Shown: positions 51,334-61,966 of the stretch, in pieces
How the letters are laid out: the number at the start of each line of letters is the position of its first letter
Position numbering within the stretch: the stretch's first letter is position 1
NCBI GenBank assembly: GCA_963816355.1
Contig: CAWFKH010000005.1
Location: 320,001-384,000, forward strand
Source of the DNA: an uncultured Gemmatimonadales bacterium
Lineage (GTDB): Bacteria; Gemmatimonadota; Gemmatimonadetes; Longimicrobiales; RSA9
Direction of reading: 5' to 3'
DNA: 64,000 nt
Made by a program: the position numbers and the translations under genes
The notes under the pieces: generated by a model
Databases searched by the model: none
What the model saw: the letters and a program-made list of their open reading frames with translations, nothing else
What the model was told of the DNA's origin: nothing

Positions 51334-52473
51334 ATGCGCGTGATCCTCCTCGGCGCGGGCCGCGTCGGCGCTGCCATCGCCCGCGACCTGGCGGACGACG
51401 ACGCCTTCGACCTGAGCGTCGCCGACGCCGACGCGAGCGCGCTCGAGCCGATCGCGCGCGCCGGCGTGCGCGTGGTCGCGGCCGATCTCTCCCGGCCCGG
51501 CGCCATCGCCGACGTGACGGCCGGCCACGACCTGGTCGTCTGCGCCGTGCCGGGCCCGATCGGTTTCGAGACGGTGCGGAGCGCGCTCGAGGCCGGCCAC
51601 GACGTCGTCGACATCTCGTTCTTCGAGGAGGACGCGTTCGAGCTCGACGCGCTCGCGCGCGAGCGGGGCTGCACGGCGATCGTCGACTGCGGCGTCGCGC
51701 CCGGCTTCAGCAACCTCGTGCTCGGGCACCTCGAGGCCACGCTCGAGACGACGGCGCGTTTCCGCTGCGTCGTGGGCGGGCTGCCGCGCGTGCGCCGCTG
51801 GCCGTACGAGTACCGGGCGCCGTTCTCGCCGATCGACGTGCTGGCCGAGTACACGCGGCCGGCCCGGCTGCGCCGCGGCGGGCGCGAGGTGGTGTTGCCG
51901 GCGCTGTCCGAGGTCGAGCTCGTGGACTTCGACGGCGTCGGCACGCTGGAGGCGTTCAACACGGACGGCCTGCGCACCCTGCTCCGCACCGCGCGCACGC
52001 CGGAGCTGGCGGAGAAGACGCTCCGCTACCCCGGCCACGCCGACCGCATGCGGATGCTGCGCGACAGCGGCTTTTTCGACGCCGCGGCGATCGACGTCGC
52101 GGGCACGCCGGTGCGGCCGCTCGACGTGACGGCGCGGCTGCTCTTCGAGGCGTGGCGGTTCGAGCCGGGCGAGGCGGACCTGACCGTGATGCGCATCGAG
52201 GTGGATGGGACGGAGGCCGGCGAGCCGGTGCGCCACACCTGGGAGCTGCTCGATCGGTACGACGACGCCACCGCCACGCTGTCGATGGCGCGCACGACCG
52301 GCTACACCTGCACCGCCGTCGTCCGCCTGCTGGAGCGCGGGCTCTACCGGCGGCCCGGCGTCTCGCCGCCCGAATACGTCGGTGCGCAGCCCGGCTGCTT
52401 CGAGTTCGTCGTCGAGCGGCTGGCGGAACGTGGCGTCGCCTGGCGCCACACGCGGACGAGTCCGCCGGCCTGA
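51334..52473 (+). CDS. Saccharopine dehydrogenase / lysine 6-dehydrogenase family
   Basis: LGAGRVG, DCGVAPG, VGGLP, TDGLRT and KTLRYPGH. Confidence 0.9.
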   Translation: MRVILLGAGRVGAAIARDLADDDAFDLSVADADASALEPIARAGVRVVAADLSRPGAIADVTAGHDLVVCAVPGPIGFETVRSALEAGHDVVDISFFEEDAFELDALARERGCTAIVDCGVAPGFSNLVLGHLEATLETTARFRCVVGGLPRVRRWPYEYRAPFSPIDVLAEYTRPARLRRGGREVVLPALSEVELVDFDGVGTLEAFNTDGLRTLLRTARTPELAEKTLRYPGHADRMRMLRDSGFFDAAAIDVAGTPVRPLDVTARLLFEAWRFEPGEADLTVMRIEVDGTEAGEPVRHTWELLDRYDDATATLSMARTTGYTCTAVVRLLERGLYRRPGVSPPEYVGAQPGCFEFVVERLAERGVAWRHTRTSPPA

Positions 52474-52673
52474 GATCGCGCGCTTCTGCCGCCGGCGGCT
52501 TGCGCGCCCCCCCGAGCGCTCTCCGCGGACCCGCGGCCCGGCTCCGGAGTAGGAGATCGGCTCTCAACGTTATTCGCCACCCCGGCGTCAGAAACCTGGA
52601 TGCGCGACTGGTGCCGCGACGACGCCGGGGCTCGCCCGGCGCAGCCGCGTTCGAACGGAGAAGCCACACGAGG

Positions 52674-54134
52674 ATGAAGATTTCGGCCGGACGCGTGCTC
52701 GCGCCCGTGCTGCTCGCCGGCTGTGTCCATGGCCCGCCTTCCGTCGCCGGCGTGGCGGGCGCGCCCGCCACGCCGCACGACGTGTGGACGCCGCCCGCGG
52801 AGGCCGTCGAACCGTCGCTCGTGCCGATGCCGGCGGCGGTGCCGGCGCCGCTTCCGGCGGACGTCGCCGCGCGCGTGCGGCAGTTGCGCCTCGCCGACGT
52901 GGTCGACCTGGCGCTGCGCGGCAACCCGGCGACGCGCGCTTCGTGGGCGCAGGCGATCGCGGCCGCGGACGCGTACGGCGTGCAGCGCGGGCGCTGGTTT
53001 CCCACGTTCGACCTGAACGTGGCGGCGACGCAGACGCAGTCGCTCTCGACCGCGACGCGTTTCGGCGGCCGCCGCCGCCAGCTCAACCCCGGCGTCAGCC
53101 TCTCGTACGTGCTCTTCGACCTGGGCGGCCGCGGCGGCGCCGTGGACGCGGCGAAGCAGGCCGCCGTCGCCGCCGGCCTCACGCACAACAGCGTCCTCCA
53201 GACGGTCGTGCTGCAGGCGGAGACGGCGTACTTCGACTACATGTCGACACGCGCGCTGCTCGACGCGCAGCAGGCGTCCGTGCGGGAGGCGCAGGCGAAC
53301 CTCGAGTCGGCGCAGCATCGCCACGACGTCGGCCTCGCCACGATCGCGGACGTGCTGCAGGCGAAGACCGCCGCGTCGCAGGCGCAGCTCGCGCTCGAGA
53401 CCGTGAGCGGTCAGCTGCGCGCGGCGCAGGGCGCGCTCGCCGTCGCGATGGGCTTGCCGGCGAACGTGAGCTACGACGTGGTGCCGCCCGCGGCGCCCGT
53501 CGAGGTGCGCGACGTCGCGGAGAGCGTCGATTCGCTGATCGCGGCCGCGGTGAGCAGCCGTCCGGACCTTGCGGCGGCGGCGGCGCAGGCGCGGCAGGCG
53601 GCGGCGGCGGTGCGCCGGACGCGCGGCGCGTCGCTGCCCACGCTCTCCTTCTCCGGCAACGCCGGCGAGGTCTACAGCGACCTCCCCGAGTTCAGCGGCA
53701 ACAACTACAACCTCTCGCTCACGGTCCAGGTCCCGGTGTTCAGCGGCTTCTCGCTGCGCTACGCGACGCTCGCCGCGCGGGCCGAGGCGGACGCGGCCCG
53801 GGCGCGCGCGGAGGGCGTGCGGCAGCAGGTCGTCAACCAGGTCTTCACTTCGTACTACGCGCTGCAGACCGCGACGCAGCGGGCGCACACGAGCGACGAC
53901 CTGCTCGCCAGCGCCACGCAGTCTGAGGAGGTGGCCACCGGCCGCTACCGCGAAGGCGTCGGAACCATCCTCGACCTGCTCACCGCCCAGCGGGCGCTCG
54001 CCGACGCGCGCGCGCAGCAGGTACAGGCCCGCTGGGACTGGTACGCCGCCCTCGCCCGTCTCGCCTACGACGTCGGCGTCCTCGGGCCGGCCGGCGAAAC
54101 GCCCATCCCCCTCTCGCCCCCCACGCACGAATGA
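52674..54134 (+). CDS. TolC-family outer-membrane efflux protein (lipoprotein)
   Basis: Lipobox LLAGC, two OEP repeats, first gene of the RND operon. Confidence 0.9.
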   Translation: MKISAGRVLAPVLLAGCVHGPPSVAGVAGAPATPHDVWTPPAEAVEPSLVPMPAAVPAPLPADVAARVRQLRLADVVDLALRGNPATRASWAQAIAAADAYGVQRGRWFPTFDLNVAATQTQSLSTATRFGGRRRQLNPGVSLSYVLFDLGGRGGAVDAAKQAAVAAGLTHNSVLQTVVLQAETAYFDYMSTRALLDAQQASVREAQANLESAQHRHDVGLATIADVLQAKTAASQAQLALETVSGQLRAAQGALAVAMGLPANVSYDVVPPAAPVEVRDVAESVDSLIAAAVSSRPDLAAAAAQARQAAAAVRRTRGASLPTLSFSGNAGEVYSDLPEFSGNNYNLSLTVQVPVFSGFSLRYATLAARAEADAARARAEGVRQQVVNQVFTSYYALQTATQRAHTSDDLLASATQSEEVATGRYREGVGTILDLLTAQRALADARAQQVQARWDWYAALARLAYDVGVLGPAGETPIPLSPPTHE

Positions 54135-55441
54135 GCATGCGCAGCGATGGATCTCTTGCGGGCACCGCGGGCGCCGGCGCCACGGGCGACACGGGCGTGG
54201 GCACTGCGGGCGCCACGGGCGCCGCGGGCGTAGGCCCTGCGGGCGCCGCGGGCGTAGGCCCTGCGGGCGCCGCGGGTGTTGGCCCTGCGGGCGCCGCGCG
54301 CGTTGGCGCGCGCGTCTTTCGCGCCGTTGGGGCGGTGCTCCTCGTCGGGCCGCTGGCGGGCGCCTGCGGCCGGCAGCCGCAGCGCGGCGCGGCGCCGGTC
54401 CCCGTCACGGTCGCGGTCGCGGAACGGCGCGCCGCGCCGTTCACGATCACCGCCAACGGCGTCGTGGAGCCGCTGCAGACGGTGGCGGTGGAGCCGCAGG
54501 TCAACGGGATCGTCACGAGCGTCGATTTCGCCGAGGGCGACGATGTGCGCGCGGGGCAGCCGCTGTTCCACATCGATGCGCGCCCGTACGAGGCCGCGCT
54601 GCAGCAGGCGGAGGCGACGCTCGCCAGGGACGCGGCGCAGGCGGAGAACTCGCGTCGCGACGCCGAGCGCTACCGCACGCTGGTGAAGCAGGACTACGTC
54701 ACGCAGGCGCAGGCGGACCAGGCGGCCGCCACGGCGGTGGCGCAGGCGGCCGCCGTCAAGGCGGACAGCGCCGCGGTGCGGACGGCGCGGCTGAACCTCG
54801 CCTACACGGTGATCCGCGCGCCGATCGCCGGGCGCACCGGCTCGCTGCTCGTGCACGAGGGCAACGTGGCCAGGGCGACTGGCTCGCCGCTCGTCGTGAT
54901 CAACCAGATCCGGCCGATCCTGGTGCGCTTCCCCGTCGCCGCGCGCGACTTCCCGGAGGTACAGCGGCACGCGGCAGGCCGCGCGCTGCCGGTCTCCGTC
55001 GCCGTCGCCGAAGGCGACCAGGGCGACCCGATCACCGGCGAGCTCAGCTTCGTCGACAACGCCGTCGACCCGCAGACCGGCACGGTGCTGCTCAAGGCGC
55101 GCTTCGCCAACGAGCGGAGCCTGCTGTGGCCGGGAGAATACGTCACGGCGAGCCTGCAGCTCTACGTCGAGCAGGGCGCCATCGTGGTGCCGGCGTCGGC
55201 GATCATCGTGACGCAGACCGGCAGCTCGGTGTTCGTCGTGGACTCGGCGGAGGTCGCGCACCAGCGCGACATCACGCCCGGCCGCCCGCTCGCCGACCAG
55301 GTGATCGTCGCGGCTGGCGTGCAGGCGGGCGAGCGCGTGGTCACCGACGGACAGTCGCGCCTCGCCGACGGGGACCGCGTCGTCATCCGCACCGTGCCCG
55401 CCGCCGCGCCGGGCGCGACGGAGGAAGGCGCGGCGCGATGA
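54131..55441 (+). CDS. RND efflux periplasmic adaptor (MdtA-like) with N-terminal GAAGVGPA repeats
   Basis: EGDDVRAGQPLF, IRAPIAGRTG, VDNAVDPQTGT and LWPGEY. Confidence 0.92.
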   Translation: MSMRSDGSLAGTAGAGATGDTGVGTAGATGAAGVGPAGAAGVGPAGAAGVGPAGAARVGARVFRAVGAVLLVGPLAGACGRQPQRGAAPVPVTVAVAERRAAPFTITANGVVEPLQTVAVEPQVNGIVTSVDFAEGDDVRAGQPLFHIDARPYEAALQQAEATLARDAAQAENSRRDAERYRTLVKQDYVTQAQADQAAATAVAQAAAVKADSAAVRTARLNLAYTVIRAPIAGRTGSLLVHEGNVARATGSPLVVINQIRPILVRFPVAARDFPEVQRHAAGRALPVSVAVAEGDQGDPITGELSFVDNAVDPQTGTVLLKARFANERSLLWPGEYVTASLQLYVEQGAIVVPASAIIVTQTGSSVFVVDSAEVAHQRDITPGRPLADQVIVAAGVQAGERVVTDGQSRLADGDRVVIRTVPAAAPGATEEGAAR

Positions 55442-58400
55442 GCATCGCGGGCCTCTTCATCCGCAGGCCGGTGATGACGACGCTCGTCATGCTGGCCATC
55501 CTCTTCTTCGGCATCATGTCGTACCGCCGCCTGCCGGTGAGCGACCTGCCGAACGTCGACTATCCGACGATCTCCGTCTCGGCATCGCTCCCGGGTGCGA
55601 GCCCGGAGACGATGGCGGCCGCCGTCGCGACGCCGCTCGAGAAGCAGTTCTCGACGATCGCGGGCATCGACAACATGACGTCGAGCAGCGGCGTCGGCTC
55701 GACCAACATCACGCTGCAGTTCTCGCTCGACCGCGACATCGACGCCGCCGCGCAGGACGTCCAGGCCGCGATCTCGAAAACGCTGCGCCAGCTGCCGCGC
55801 GACATCGTCCCGCCCTCGTACCAGAAGGTGAATCCGGCCGACGCGCCGATCATGTACATGGCGCTGACCACGGACGTCATGCCGCTCTCGCAGCTCGACG
55901 AGTACGCCGAGACGGTGCTCGCGCAGCGCATCTCGACCGTCGCCGGCGTCGCCTCCGTAAACGTGTTCGGCTCCGCGAAGTACGCCGTCCGCGTCGAGCT
56001 CGACCCCGCCGCGCTCGCGGACCGCGGCATCGGCATCGACGAGGTCGCCGGCGGCATCGCGAGCGGCAACGTGAACCTGCCTTCCGGCGTGCTGTGGGGG
56101 CCCGAACGCGCCTACACCGTGCAGGCGAGCGGGCAGCTCCACGACGCCGCCGCGTTCCGCGACCTCGTCGTCGCCTACCGCAACGGCGCCCCCGTCCATC
56201 TGCGCGACGTCGGCCAGATCAAGGACGACGTGCAGGACGACAAGTCGGCGAGCTGGTACGACGGCAGCCGCTCGATCGTGCTCGCGGTGCAGCGGCAGCC
56301 GGGCACCAACACCGTCGCCGTCGCGCGCGCGGTGCGCTCGATGGTCGACCGGCTGCAGGCGCAGATCCCGCCGGGCGTCCACATCCACAACCTGTACGAC
56401 CGCTCGGAGTCGATCGGCGAGTCGGTGCGCGACGTCAAGTTCACGCTGCTCCTGACCCTCGCCCTCGTGGTGATGGTCATCTTCCTCTTCCTGCGCAACG
56501 TCTCGGCGACGGTCATCCCGAGCCTCGCGCTGCCGATGTCGCTCGTCGGCACGTTCGCCGTGATGTACCTGCTCGGCTACAGCCTCGACAACCTCTCGCT
56601 CATGGCGCTCACGCTCGCCGTCGGCTTCGTCGTCGACGACGCGATCGTCATGCTCGAGAACGTCGTGCGCCACATGGAGATGGGGAAGCCGCCGATGCAG
56701 GCGGCGCTCGACGGCGCCCGCGAGATCGGCTTCACCATCGTCTCGATGACGCTGTCGCTCACCGCCGTCTTCATCCCGATCCTCTTCATGGGCGGCATCA
56801 TCGGCCGCCTCTTCCACGAGTTCGCCGTCACGATCGGCGCGGCGATCCTCGTCTCCGGATTCGTCTCGCTCACGCTCACGCCGATGCTCGGCAGCCGCTT
56901 CCTGAAGCGGCAGAGCACGGAGCGCCACGGCCGCTTCTACCAGGCGACGGAGCGCGCCTACGAGCGTCTGCTCGGCTTCTACGAGCGCACGCTCGCCGGC
57001 GTGATGCGGCACCGGCGCGCGACGATGGCCTTCTCCGCCGCCATCCTCGTCGCGACCGTCGTGCTCTTCCTCCTCGTTCCCAAGGGATTCCTGCCCAGCG
57101 AGGACTCCGGCCGCATCTCCGTCACCACCGAGTTCGCCCAGGGCACGTCCTTCGACGCGATGCTGCGACACCAGCAGGAGGTCGCCGCCGTCGTGGCGAA
57201 GGACCCCAACGTCGCGGACTTCATGTCCTCGATCGGAGGCGGCCGCGGCACCGGCAACCAGGGCCGCATGTTCCTCCACCTCAGGGCGCGCGCCGAGCGC
57301 GTCTCCGCCGACGAGGTGATCCGCGAGCTGACGCCCAAGCTGAACGCGTTCCCCGGCGTGCGCGTCTTCATGCAGAACCCGCCGCCGATCCGCATCGGCG
57401 GCCGCACCTCCAAGTCGCTCTACCAGTTCACGCTGCAGGGCGCCGACATCGCCACGCTCTACGCCGAGTCGGACCGCCTGCTGGACCGGATGAAGCGGAT
57501 CCCGCAGATCGTCGAGGTGACGAGCGACCTGCAGATCGGCAACCCGCAGGTGGACGTGCAGATCGACCGCGAGCGCGCCGCCTCCCTCGGCGTCACCGCG
57601 CAGCAGGTCGAGAGCGCGCTCTACGACGCCTACGGCGCGCGCCAGGTCTCCACCATCTACACGCCGAACAACGAATACTGGGTCGTGATGGGCCTGCAGC
57701 CGCAGTACCAGCAGGACCTCGCCGCACTCAACCTGCTCTACATCCGCTCGCAGAACGGCGCGCTCGTACCGCTCAACTCCGTCGCCTCGCTGAGCAAAAG
57801 CCTGGGACCGCTCACCGTCAACCACTCCGGGCAGCTCCCTTCCGTCACGCTGTCGTTCGACGTCGCGCCCGGCGCTTCGCTCAGCGACGCGACTGCGGCG
57901 ATCCAGCGCGCGGCGCGCGAGGTTCTGCCGTCGGCGATCACGACCGCCTTCTCCGGCACCGCGCAGGCGTACCAGGACACGCAGCAGGGGCTGCTCTTCC
58001 TGCTCCTCATGGCGATCTTCGTCATCTACGTCGTGCTCGGCATCCTCTACGAGAGCTTCATCCACCCGCTCACGATCCTTTCCGGGCTGCCGTTCGCCGC
58101 CTTCGGTGCGCTCCTCACGCTCCTGCTCACGCGCACCGAGCTCGACGTCTACGCCTTCGTCGGCGTCATCATGCTCGTCGGGCTCGTCAAGAAGAACGCG
58201 ATCATGATGATCGACTTCGCGCTCGACGCGGAGCGCAACGAGGGGAAGCCCGCGCGCGAGGCGATCCTGCAGGCGTGCAGCATCCGGTTCCGCCCGATCA
58301 TGATGACGACGATGGCGGCGCTCATGGCCGCGCTCCCGATCGCGCTCGGCACCGGCGCCGGCGCCGAGGCGCGCCGCCCGCTCGGCATCGCCGTCGTCGG

Positions 58401-58572
58401 CGGGCTCGCCTTCTCGCAGGTGATCACGCTCTACGTGACGCCCGTCGTCTACACCTACCTCGACGCGTTCCAGCACCGCGCCGGCCGCCGCTTCACGCGG
58501 CGCCGCGGCGCCGCCGGCGAGGAGCGGGAGCGGCCGCACTGGCAGCCGCAGCCGGTCGCCGCCGGCGAGTAG
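55438..58572 (+). CDS. RND efflux permease (MdtB/C-like)
   Basis: FIRRPV, GFVVDDAIVMLEN, KKNAIMMIDF and RFRPIMMTT. Confidence 0.95.
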   Translation: MSIAGLFIRRPVMTTLVMLAILFFGIMSYRRLPVSDLPNVDYPTISVSASLPGASPETMAAAVATPLEKQFSTIAGIDNMTSSSGVGSTNITLQFSLDRDIDAAAQDVQAAISKTLRQLPRDIVPPSYQKVNPADAPIMYMALTTDVMPLSQLDEYAETVLAQRISTVAGVASVNVFGSAKYAVRVELDPAALADRGIGIDEVAGGIASGNVNLPSGVLWGPERAYTVQASGQLHDAAAFRDLVVAYRNGAPVHLRDVGQIKDDVQDDKSASWYDGSRSIVLAVQRQPGTNTVAVARAVRSMVDRLQAQIPPGVHIHNLYDRSESIGESVRDVKFTLLLTLALVVMVIFLFLRNVSATVIPSLALPMSLVGTFAVMYLLGYSLDNLSLMALTLAVGFVVDDAIVMLENVVRHMEMGKPPMQAALDGAREIGFTIVSMTLSLTAVFIPILFMGGIIGRLFHEFAVTIGAAILVSGFVSLTLTPMLGSRFLKRQSTERHGRFYQATERAYERLLGFYERTLAGVMRHRRATMAFSAAILVATVVLFLLVPKGFLPSEDSGRISVTTEFAQGTSFDAMLRHQQEVAAVVAKDPNVADFMSSIGGGRGTGNQGRMFLHLRARAERVSADEVIRELTPKLNAFPGVRVFMQNPPPIRIGGRTSKSLYQFTLQGADIATLYAESDRLLDRMKRIPQIVEVTSDLQIGNPQVDVQIDRERAASLGVTAQQVESALYDAYGARQVSTIYTPNNEYWVVMGLQPQYQQDLAALNLLYIRSQNGALVPLNSVASLSKSLGPLTVNHSGQLPSVTLSFDVAPGASLSDATAAIQRAAREVLPSAITTAFSGTAQAYQDTQQGLLFLLLMAIFVIYVVLGILYESFIHPLTILSGLPFAAFGALLTLLLTRTELDVYAFVGVIMLVGLVKKNAIMMIDFALDAERNEGKPAREAILQACSIRFRPIMMTTMAALMAALPIALGTGAGAEARRPLGIAVVGGLAFSQVITLYVTPVVYTYLDAFQHRAGRRFTRRRGAAGEERERPHWQPQPVAAGE

Positions 58573-58737
58573 CTCGCGCGGCCGGCGCGCGCCGACCACG
58601 ACCACGCGGCCGTCCGCGCCGACCATGCGGCCGCCGCGCGCGGACCGTGCGGCCGCGGCGCGCGCATCCTATCTTGGACATCGGTACCCCTGTGCCGGCT
58701 ATCCAACGTCACGTCCCCTCCGACGAGGAGCCCGACG

Positions 58738-59289
58738 ATGAGCGGACTGCTGCTGCTCGCCCTCCTTCTCGTGCTGATCGTGCTGTGGGCGATCGTCATG
58801 TACAACCGGCTCGTGTCGCTGCGCGTGCGCGCGGACAACGCGTGGTCCGACATCGACGTCCAGCTCAAGCGGCGCCACGACCTCGTACCCAACCTCGTCG
58901 AGACCGTGAAGGGCTACGCCGGCCACGAGCGCGGCACCCTCGAGGCGGTCGTCAACGCGCGCAGCGCCGCCATGAGCGCGACCGGCCCCGCCGAGCAGGC
59001 GAAGGCCGAGAACGTGCTGACCGGCGCGCTGAAGTCGCTCTTCGCCCTCTCGGAGAACTACCCGCAGCTGCGCGCCGTCGAGTCCTTCACCAGCCTGCAG
59101 CAGTCGCTGCAACACCTCGAGGAGTCGATCCAGAGCGCCCGCCGCTACTACAACGCGGTCGTGCGCGACCTGAACACCCGCATCGCGCAGGTCCCGTCGA
59201 ACCTCGTCGCGGACACCTTCGGCTTCAAGCCGCGCGAGTTCTTCGAGACCGGCGACGAGGAGCGCGAGACCCCCAAGGTCCAGTTCTGA
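58738..59289 (+). CDS. lemA: LemA family protein
   Basis: YNRLV, IDVQLKRRHDLVPNLV, ENYPQL and RRYYN. Confidence 0.95.
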   Translation: MSGLLLLALLLVLIVLWAIVMYNRLVSLRVRADNAWSDIDVQLKRRHDLVPNLVETVKGYAGHERGTLEAVVNARSAAMSATGPAEQAKAENVLTGALKSLFALSENYPQLRAVESFTSLQQSLQHLEESIQSARRYYNAVVRDLNTRIAQVPSNLVADTFGFKPREFFETGDEERETPKVQF

Positions 59290-59302
59290 GCGACGCGGTC
59301 CG

Positions 59303-59959
59303 ATGCTCGCGCTCTACTGGTTCAGCCTGATCGTCGGCGGCGGCATTCTCGCCGTCTCCACGCTCGGCGACCTCTTCGGCGGCCACGCCGACGTGGCCGG
59401 CGGCCACGACCTCGACATGGGTGGCCACGACCTCGACGTCGGCGGCCACGACCTCGAGGCGGGCGACGGCGTGCAGGGGGCGGGTGCGGCGATGGGCCAC
59501 GCGGCGGCCGGCGCGCACGGAGCCGACTCGACGCCGCACGCGGCGCGCATCCTGTCGCTGCGCACGCTCACCTACTTCCTCTTCGGCTTCGGCGCGACGG
59601 GCCTGCTGCTTACGGCGTCGTGGGCGGGGTTCCGCCCGTTCCCGGCGTTCGTCGCGAGCGCGCTCGTGGGGGCGACGACGGGCGCGCTGAGCGTCGCGAT
59701 CTTCGGGTGGCTGCGTCGCACGGAGGCGGGCGCGACGGCAGGCGAGGCCAGCTTCGTCGGCCTGCCGGCGCGCGTGGTGCTCCCGCTCGCCGCCGGCCGC
59801 TCGGGACGTGTCGTCGTGCGCCGCGGTGACCGCGAGTACGAGCTGCGCGCGCGGCCGTTCGAGACGGAGGCGGGCGATAGCGCCGGCTGGGGCGACGTCG
59901 TCATCGTGGACATGCGCGACGGCACGGCGTTCGTCGCCCCGCTCGAGTCGGCGCAGTGA
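59303..59959 (+). CDS. NfeD/YuaF-like membrane protein with His/Asp-rich GGHDLD repeats
   Basis: TM segments plus a C-terminal OB-like region; directly upstream of flotillin. Confidence 0.78.
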   Translation: MLALYWFSLIVGGGILAVSTLGDLFGGHADVAGGHDLDMGGHDLDVGGHDLEAGDGVQGAGAAMGHAAAGAHGADSTPHAARILSLRTLTYFLFGFGATGLLLTASWAGFRPFPAFVASALVGATTGALSVAIFGWLRRTEAGATAGEASFVGLPARVVLPLAAGRSGRVVVRRGDREYELRARPFETEAGDSAGWGDVVIVDMRDGTAFVAPLESAQ

Positions 59960-60045
59960 CGCGGCTCGAACCGGCTGAGTGACGCGGCCGTGATGCACCG
60001 GGGCTCACCCTACCTCAATCAACGCGGCGCACGGGAGGCGCAGCC

Positions 60046-61368
60046 ATGATACAGACACTCGGCATGACGGCGGGACTGATCGTCCTCGTCGCGATCCTCG
60101 TCATCCTGTGGACCGTGAAGGCCCTCATCATCATCGTGCCGCCGAACGCGGCAGCGGTCATCACGGGACGGCGCCGCCACCTGGACGACGGCCGCGCCGT
60201 CGGCTACCGCGCGGTGATCGGCGGCCGCACGATCCGCGTACCGATCCTCGAGAGCGTCGACTACGTCTCGCTGGAGACGATCCCGCTCGAGATCACCGTG
60301 CAGAACGCGTTCTCGAAGGGGAACATCCCGCTCAACGTGCAGGCGATCGCGAACGTGAAGATCGCCTCGGAGCCGGAGACGGACTTCAACAACGCGGTCG
60401 AGCGGCTGCTGGGGAAGACGGCGGACGAGATCAAGCGGCTGGCGCAGGAGACGCTCATGGGCAACCTGCGCGGCGTCCTCGCCACGCTCACGCCCGAGCA
60501 GGTCAACGAGGACCGCCTCATGTTCGCCGGCAACCTCGCCGAGGAGGCCGAGAACGACCTGAAGAAGCTCGGCTTCAGCCTCGACGTGCTCAAGATCCAG
60601 AACGTCACCGACGAGGTCGGCTACCTCGACGCGATGGGCCGCAAGAAGACCGCGCAGGTGAAGAAGGAGGCCGAGGTCGCCGAGGCGGAGAACGAGTCCG
60701 AGACCCGCCGCGCCAAGGCCGCCGCCGACCAGTCCGCCGCCATCGCCGAGGCGGAGGCCAACATCCAGATCTCGGAAGCGCAGAACAAGCTCAAGGTCCG
60801 CCAGGCGCAGCTCCGTCAGGAGTCCGAGACCGCCGACAAGGTGGCCCGCGTCGAGGCCGAGCGCGCCGAGGTCGAAGCGCAGCGCGAGCTGCAGCAGCGC
60901 CGCACCGAGACCGAGCGCGAGCGGCTGAACGCCGACGTCGTCACGCCCGCCGAAGCGGAGCGCGCCGCCGCCGAAGCGCGCGCCCGCGCCGCCGCCGCCC
61001 CGATCCTCGAGAGCGGCAAGGCGCAGGTCGCGGTGCTCCAGCTCCTGCTCGGCCAGATCCGCGCCGGCGGCGAGCAGGGCTTCGCCGTCTTCCTCGCGGA
61101 GAAGCTGCCGCAGCTCATGCAGATGACGACGGAGGCCGTGAAGGGGATCGACATCGAGCGCATGGTCGTGCTCGACGCCGGCGACGGAAGGGGGCTCGGC
61201 AACGCCGCCAATCAGCGCGTCGTCGCCTCGCTCGCGCTGCTCGAGCAGTTCGCCGCCGCCATGGGGATCGACGTGACCGCCGTCCTCCGCTCCGCCGCCC
61301 ACCGCATCGCCGACGGCGGCACCGGCGACGCGGGGTCGGGCGCCATCGAGGAGATCACGGTGCCCTGA
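60046..61368 (+). CDS. Flotillin / SPFH domain protein
   Basis: N-terminal TM, VPPN..VITG, GNLRGVLA, GYLDAMG and AEAE coiled coil. Confidence 0.92.
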   Translation: MIQTLGMTAGLIVLVAILVILWTVKALIIIVPPNAAAVITGRRRHLDDGRAVGYRAVIGGRTIRVPILESVDYVSLETIPLEITVQNAFSKGNIPLNVQAIANVKIASEPETDFNNAVERLLGKTADEIKRLAQETLMGNLRGVLATLTPEQVNEDRLMFAGNLAEEAENDLKKLGFSLDVLKIQNVTDEVGYLDAMGRKKTAQVKKEAEVAEAENESETRRAKAAADQSAAIAEAEANIQISEAQNKLKVRQAQLRQESETADKVARVEAERAEVEAQRELQQRRTETERERLNADVVTPAEAERAAAEARARAAAAPILESGKAQVAVLQLLLGQIRAGGEQGFAVFLAEKLPQLMQMTTEAVKGIDIERMVVLDAGDGRGLGNAANQRVVASLALLEQFAAAMGIDVTAVLRSAAHRIADGGTGDAGSGAIEEITVP

Positions 61369-61506
61369 GCCGGCGACCGCGGGTGGGGGACGGCGCAGCG
61401 CCCCACCCGCTCCGCCCGCCGACCGTCATGCCGGCCACCGTCCGGCTCCGTCCCGCCGCCGGCCCGCCCGCGGCCGGCCCGCCGCGCGGCCGCCCGCCGC
61501 GTCGCC

Positions 61507-61851
61507 TCAGGACGCGAAGAGATCGTCCGTCCGCGCGGCCATCACGAAGTCGTTGCGGTGCAGACCGCCGATCGCGTGCGTCCACCACGTCACGGTCGTG
61601 CGGCCCCACTCCGTCAGCAGCGCGGGGTGATGGCCCTCCTCCTCAGCCAGAGCGCCGACGCGGTCCGTGAACTCCAGCGCGCGTGCGAAGTCCGGAAAGG
61701 TGAAGACGCGCTCCAGCCGCTCCTCGCCGCCGCGCTCCACGATCCGCCATTCGGGGATCTGCGGCAGCAGCAGCGACTTCTCCTCCGCGTTCACCGCCGG
61801 CGCGTCCGGCCGGCAGGCGACGCAATGCTCGAATTCCAGTGACTTCGCCAT
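61507..61851 (-). CDS. phhB: Pterin-4-alpha-carbinolamine dehydratase
   Basis: FTFPDF, EEEGHHP and [21 protein letters not shown]. Confidence 0.92.
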   Translation of the reverse strand: MAKSLEFEHCVACRPDAPAVNAEEKSLLLPQIPEWRIVERGGEERLERVFTFPDFARALEFTDRVGALAEEEGHHPALLTEWGRTTVTWWTHAIGGLHRNDFVMAARTDDLFAS

Positions 61852-61966
61852 CGTTCCTCCCGTTCGATCGATTCCCGCCCCGCTCGGCGACCAGATCCGC
61901 AGCCGTCGCACGCGGCGTCCGCGGCCGGCACGCGGCGTCCGCGGCCGGCATGCGGCTTCCGCGGTC

